In this document: positions 60,053 to 64,000 of the stretch, piece after piece | How positions within the stretch are numbered: position 1 is the stretch's first letter | Layout of the letters: each line of letters starts with the position of its first letter | From: Dehalococcoidia bacterium UBA1162 | Lineage (GTDB): Bacteria > Chloroflexota > Dehalococcoidia > GIF9 > UBA5629 | DNA: 64,000 nt | NCBI GenBank assembly: GCA_002311135.1 | Contig: DBZK01000037.1 | Span: 73,852 to 137,851, forward strand | Direction: 5' to 3' | Program-made: the position numbers and the translations under genes | Notes under the pieces: model-generated | Told to the model about the DNA's origin: nothing | Database searches by the model: none | Seen by the model: the letters and a program-made list of their open reading frames with translations, nothing else

Positions 60053-60277
60053 ATGGCAAGAATTGAGTATAGGTCTAAGGAATTTCCCGAGCTGGCCAAG
60101 CTCAGAGTACAGGCACGGGGACTAGCATTAGTCCAGGGTAAGACAATGGCTCAAGTATTTACTGAAGCTTTACAGCTTTGGATGAAGCATAATTGTGGCG
60201 AAGGAATGAATCAATGGTATCAATTGGTTGACGCAGCGGATATGCCAACTACGAAGAGTCAAAGGAAGGCCAGCTAA
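60053..60277 (+). CDS. Small hypothetical protein, possibly ribbon-helix-helix-like
   Basis: LAKLRVQARGLALVQGKTMAQVFTEALQLW pattern; start uncertain. Confidence 0.45.
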   Translation: MARIEYRSKEFPELAKLRVQARGLALVQGKTMAQVFTEALQLWMKHNCGEGMNQWYQLVDAADMPTTKSQRKAS

Positions 60278-60425
60278 CATTGCCTTGAAAAATACAATGA
60301 ATGTGGGCCTGCAGGCCCTATAATATCGAGAAAGAAGATGGATCACTATTTACGGGCAGTCAAAACATATACTCTCTATCTGCTCATGTTCGTAGCAATA
60401 CAAAGTTTGACACTCATTCTAAATT

Positions 60426-60722
60426 TTGTACGTAGTCTTTAGAGAGGTTGAGGGGATGTTCAGCACGCAGCTATCTGGGAAATTCAAAGTGGGCCAATGT
60501 GTGCGCATTTTTTCAGCCAGAGATTGCAACGGCAAGCGCAAATATCCGGCATGGGAGCAATACATCGATCTGGAAGGTATAATAATCGACTCGTATCATG
60601 CCCGCTATGGACCATTATTTGTGGATGGCATCATAGGTTGCGATGATATCAATTTCTATAATATCATCTTCGACGGCAATTTTACGGTTAGCGTGCCCGA
60701 AGAGATGTTGGAATCCGCCTAA
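60426..60722 (+). CDS. Hypothetical protein
   Basis: ORF with GAGGGG before an internal ATG; KFKVGQCVRI...SVPEEMLE suggests a small beta-barrel. Confidence 0.45.
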   Translation: MYVVFREVEGMFSTQLSGKFKVGQCVRIFSARDCNGKRKYPAWEQYIDLEGIIIDSYHARYGPLFVDGIIGCDDINFYNIIFDGNFTVSVPEEMLESA

Positions 60723-60750
60723 ATTTGGGCGTTCTTGAGCCAAGAGAATA

Positions 60751-61269
60751 CTACTGTGAAGATCCCGTATTGCCATTGCTGGGTCTTAGCTCTGTCATGG
60801 CTGCTTGCCAGGCTGCCGAAATCTTATCCACCGGAATATTGAGAGATACGGACATCTTGTTAAAAAGCGCCTCTCTCAAAGCCGTCCTGTTTTCTGAACC
60901 TGACGGATGACCGGTTGACCCCTGTCCCGGCGGTGTAACAGATTGTCCATTTTGCGATGGCACCGAGGGTGGGGATGGCGGAATCGTTGCGCCCCGTGCA
61001 TCCTGGTACGCCTGTGTAACAGCATCTACTGAGACTCCCAGCTTATCAGCTACTTTGGCGAGGACATTTTTTATGAAATTGGGATTTCTAGAAGACCTGC
61101 CCTGCTGATTTGCCTGACCGGAAGGTTGCTGGTTGGAGGTGGTTCCCGATGCACCCGATTGAGAGGGCGACTGGTTTGTACCCGCACTACAACCTGCCGA
61201 CATAATAACTGTACCTATCGTTACAAACATCAAGAATACAAAAATATAATTATGTACTTTTTTGATCAA
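60751..61269 (-). CDS. Putative lipoprotein with two helical repeats
   Basis: SAGC lipobox-like site; KVADKLGVSVDAVTQAY and KMSVSLNIPVDKISAAW. Confidence 0.65.
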   Translation of the reverse strand: MIKKVHNYIFVFLMFVTIGTVIMSAGCSAGTNQSPSQSGASGTTSNQQPSGQANQQGRSSRNPNFIKNVLAKVADKLGVSVDAVTQAYQDARGATIPPSPPSVPSQNGQSVTPPGQGSTGHPSGSENRTALREALFNKMSVSLNIPVDKISAAWQAAMTELRPSNGNTGSSQ

Positions 61270-61391
61270 GTTTTTCTCCTTAAAAAAACAATTTAGATTA
61301 TTTTACTCATTAATTATTAATTTTTTATTAACATATTTCGTCTGTGGATTAACAGCCGTATTTAGTTATAGCACATATATCTAGCTTAAAT

Positions 61392-63083
61392 CTAATTATT
61401 GGGCCGCCGTCTGAAAATCCCAATCAGCGCGATGACCAAGGCCAGCAAACACCCTGCGGCAATGATGCCGATGACCACCGTAGCAAGCCCGGAAGACTGC
61501 TGACCGGACGGGGCATCTTTAAGGACTTCAAATCCGGCGTTAAGGCCGCCGATGCTGACTTTATAATTTCCAGGGGCACTTTCCGAAACTGTAAAGCTGA
61601 CCGGCTGAGACTTGCCCGGACCCAGAGTTACTTCTTTTGGGATATCATCCTTGCCATTAATTGCAAGAGCAATATCACCTGTTGCCTCCGAGGAGCCGCT
61701 GTTAATAACGCGCACTGACAGCGTGACGTTTTCACCAGGGCCGACAATCTCCGGCGTGACAGTCAGGTCGGAAAAGGAGAAGGCAGCCGTAGGGGGTAAG
61801 GCTGCCGCCGTTGGAGAAACCGATGCAGGCGCCGGGCTCGATGCCGGCGGAGGACCCGATCCGGCTGTCGAAGCTGCAAGCTGCGCCGTTGTATCGGGTA
61901 TACCCCTCACGGCGAAGATCGTGAAATGCGATACAGAAGCGGTGACTTCCCCGGCGACTGTATCCACTGAAGAGTCCAGTTTAGTCCAGGCCGACCCGTC
62001 CCAATAGGCGATATAAAGTGCGGAATCGCTCAGCCCGGCAGGCAGAGGAGCCTCGTATTTCAACGTCATCGTTGCCGGAGGGGAAAAAGTTGCCCCGCTG
62101 GGATTAAAACTGTAAGACTCCAGACAGATAGACCCGTCACTTGAAGGAGGAGGATTCGTTTCATCACCAGCCCCTATTACGGACTGCCCCTGAAGGTTAA
62201 GCACGGTACCGGCTGTCAGATTCAACCTGACACGCCTGTCGCTGCTTGAAAGTTCCGTGGCTGTATTAAGGACATTGCCGCTGATATTTAAGGTATCGGT
62301 CGCACTTAGGAAATTGGAACTAACAGAAGCAGTTTGAGTAACTGCCTGTGAAGGGGTAGTTTGGGATAAGTCGGTCGCCGGATTGACTTGAATTGAAGTG
62401 GTCAGTGTGAAGTAACTTGATTCGCTGTCGTTGACCTGGATTGTAAAGCTATAAACCTGGGGACTGCTTGGCACGCCCCTGACTACGCCTAACGTGTCAT
62501 CCAGCGTTAATCCTGGCGGCAGGCTGCCTGAGGAAATTGACCAGGTATAAGGCAGAACGCCGCCTTGAGCATAAAACGCAAAGGAATATGGGCGCCCCAC
62601 TGTGGCTACTTCCGGGCTTTTGGGCGAGATGCCGCATGAGGCAGCACGGCAAGCAGCACAAGCAGCGCCGCCACAGCTGGTTTGAGGCAGTTGCGCAGGC
62701 GCACCATAGCAGATCAGGTTCAACTCAGTCGCTGCACCGCCCTGAAATATAACCGCCTGGAGCGCTGGATGATCATTTACAGAGAAATTTACCGTTTGCC
62801 CGGGGCTTGCGGTTACCTCGAAAACAGGATCATAACCATATCTGCCCTGTGAATCCGTAGTGGTTTCACCCACCCTGGTAGCGCCTACGAGGGCAGTTAT
62901 GTCATAGCCGGACGGAACCAGCACATCATTGTTATATACAACCCCATAGAATTGCTGTGTCGTTGATGAGATATCTGCTGTTGCCGGGCTGGACTCAGAC
63001 AATATAATCGGTAGAGACGTTAATGCAATCAGCGTTGCAGTAATCAGACTTAGCTTCAGCCGTTGACTATTAAAAGCAGTCAT
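61392..63083 (-). CDS. Surface-anchored protein with putative Ig, ZU5-like and CARDB domains
   Basis: Signal peptide; GGVLPYTWSISSGSLPPGLTL; YWDGSAW...VSHFTIFAV; CARDB-like unit; C-terminal TM helix plus RRR. Confidence 0.75.
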   Translation of the reverse strand: MTAFNSQRLKLSLITATLIALTSLPIILSESSPATADISSTTQQFYGVVYNNDVLVPSGYDITALVGATRVGETTTDSQGRYGYDPVFEVTASPGQTVNFSVNDHPALQAVIFQGGAATELNLICYGAPAQLPQTSCGGAACAACRAASCGISPKSPEVATVGRPYSFAFYAQGGVLPYTWSISSGSLPPGLTLDDTLGVVRGVPSSPQVYSFTIQVNDSESSYFTLTTSIQVNPATDLSQTTPSQAVTQTASVSSNFLSATDTLNISGNVLNTATELSSSDRRVRLNLTAGTVLNLQGQSVIGAGDETNPPPSSDGSICLESYSFNPSGATFSPPATMTLKYEAPLPAGLSDSALYIAYWDGSAWTKLDSSVDTVAGEVTASVSHFTIFAVRGIPDTTAQLAASTAGSGPPPASSPAPASVSPTAAALPPTAAFSFSDLTVTPEIVGPGENVTLSVRVINSGSSEATGDIALAINGKDDIPKEVTLGPGKSQPVSFTVSESAPGNYKVSIGGLNAGFEVLKDAPSGQQSSGLATVVIGIIAAGCLLALVIALIGIFRRRPNN

Positions 63084-63248
63084 ATTTGATTTATTCTAGC
63101 ACTCTCCACTCTTAATAGTCCCGTTCTCCGGCCCGAAATAACTTGTGGTAAATAAATCGAAAATACTCAGACCCAAGCATCAAATCCTCACAACTCAGTA
63201 GTTCGGATAAAAACTTTATTCAGCAAAAATCGTTATCATATATTGGAC

Positions 63249-64000
63249 ATGGACATTTTCGAAGATTACTACGAGATACTTCAGGTGCACCCCCTGGCGG
63301 AGCCGGAGGTGGTAGAAGCGGCATATAGAAAATTGGCGCAGAAATACCATCCGGACGTCAACAAAGGCGCCTGCGCCGAAAAAATGCAAAAAATCAACGA
63401 GGCGCATGATATCCTCGGCAATTCTCTCAGCAGAAAAGAATACGATGCGGAATGGTCTCTGTATCGGCAATCTGGTCCACACCAGCATTCGGCCGACGTA
63501 AAAGAACCTGTTTTAAAAGTCCTTCCGAAACATATCAGATTCAAAAATCTGGGCAATGGCGAAATTAAGACTTCGCATTTTGATATAAACAATATTGGCG
63601 GCCCATATACCGGTTACAATATAGATACAGATCAGCTTCCTGAATGGCTCGAAGTTACAGGTATAGAAAAGTTGGGCAGCGAGCCGCTACCCGCACGTGT
63701 TCATATCAAAGCCAGCGGTCAACTCTACTATTCAAAATACGACTGCCTCATCCCGATCAGGATTGAAAACACTGAAGCGCATCATGCCGAAGTAGTCGAG
63801 GTGTTCGTTGAGCTAGACGTGAAAGGGCCAACTCTGCAGATAAACGGCAGGTTTCTCGAATTCAAAGTGGTAACCGATATTATCCCACTGCCGCAATCCG
63901 TGAAACTCGTTAACACGGGTAACGGACATATCGAAGGCGAGCTAATTCCCAGACAGAAATGGATAAAAGTCAGTCCGCGACGCTTCCGTTTCGAGCATCA
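63249..64000 (+). CDS. J-domain protein with downstream Ig/BACON-like domains (runs off the window)
   Basis: Not in the ORF track. MDIFEDYYEILQV...AYRKLAQKYHPD...INEAHDIL; later INNIGG..PEWLEV and VNTGNG..KWIKVSP. Confidence 0.85.
   Translation, partial: MDIFEDYYEILQVHPLAEPEVVEAAYRKLAQKYHPDVNKGACAEKMQKINEAHDILGNSLSRKEYDAEWSLYRQSGPHQHSADVKEPVLKVLPKHIRFKNLGNGEIKTSHFDINNIGGPYTGYNIDTDQLPEWLEVTGIEKLGSEPLPARVHIKASGQLYYSKYDCLIPIRIENTEAHHAEVVEVFVELDVKGPTLQINGRFLEFKVVTDIIPLPQSVKLVNTGNGHIEGELIPRQKWIKVSPRRFRFEH

Noticed and set aside
56888..64000. Mobile element or genomic island boundary
   Set aside because: The region looks accessory, but no integrase, transposase, tRNA or flanking direct repeat was found

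Overview
64 kb of a bacterial chromosome. Gene content and style point to Chloroflexota, class Dehalococcoidia (inference): the dcw cluster is reduced to mraZ-rsmH-ftsA-ftsZ with no peptidoglycan genes, and there is an S-layer-like protein, several CARDB/Ig surface proteins and an archaellin-type gene. The left part is housekeeping: nuoABCD, rsmD-coaD, proC-yggS, leuS, def-priA-rplS-trmD, dcw, nrdR-nrdJ. The middle holds a monoderm-type type IV pilus locus with a glycosylation ligase. The right part has glycan, redox and stress genes, a second RpoD-type sigma factor and a two-component region. No tRNA, rRNA, CRISPR or mobile element was seen. Main leads: (1) a split gene set resembling the mycobacterial methylmannose-polysaccharide (MMP) pathway, with a duplicated glycosyltransferase; (2) a GAF + PD-(D/E)xK-like + HPRT fusion lacking the HPRT Ser-Tyr loop motif, convergent with an unannotated ~120-nt rod-shaped RNA that has its own promoter and U-tract; (3) an orphan archaellin; (4) a TackOD1-like Zn-ribbon protein with tandem degenerate REase-fold domains leading the pilB operon; (5) an extra wHTH gene and a 44-aa membrane peptide in the dcw operon, plus an NrdR box upstream; (6) a Pho-box-like TTCAT 11-bp-period mini-regulon. 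Family calls come from motif recognition by eye; no database searches were run.
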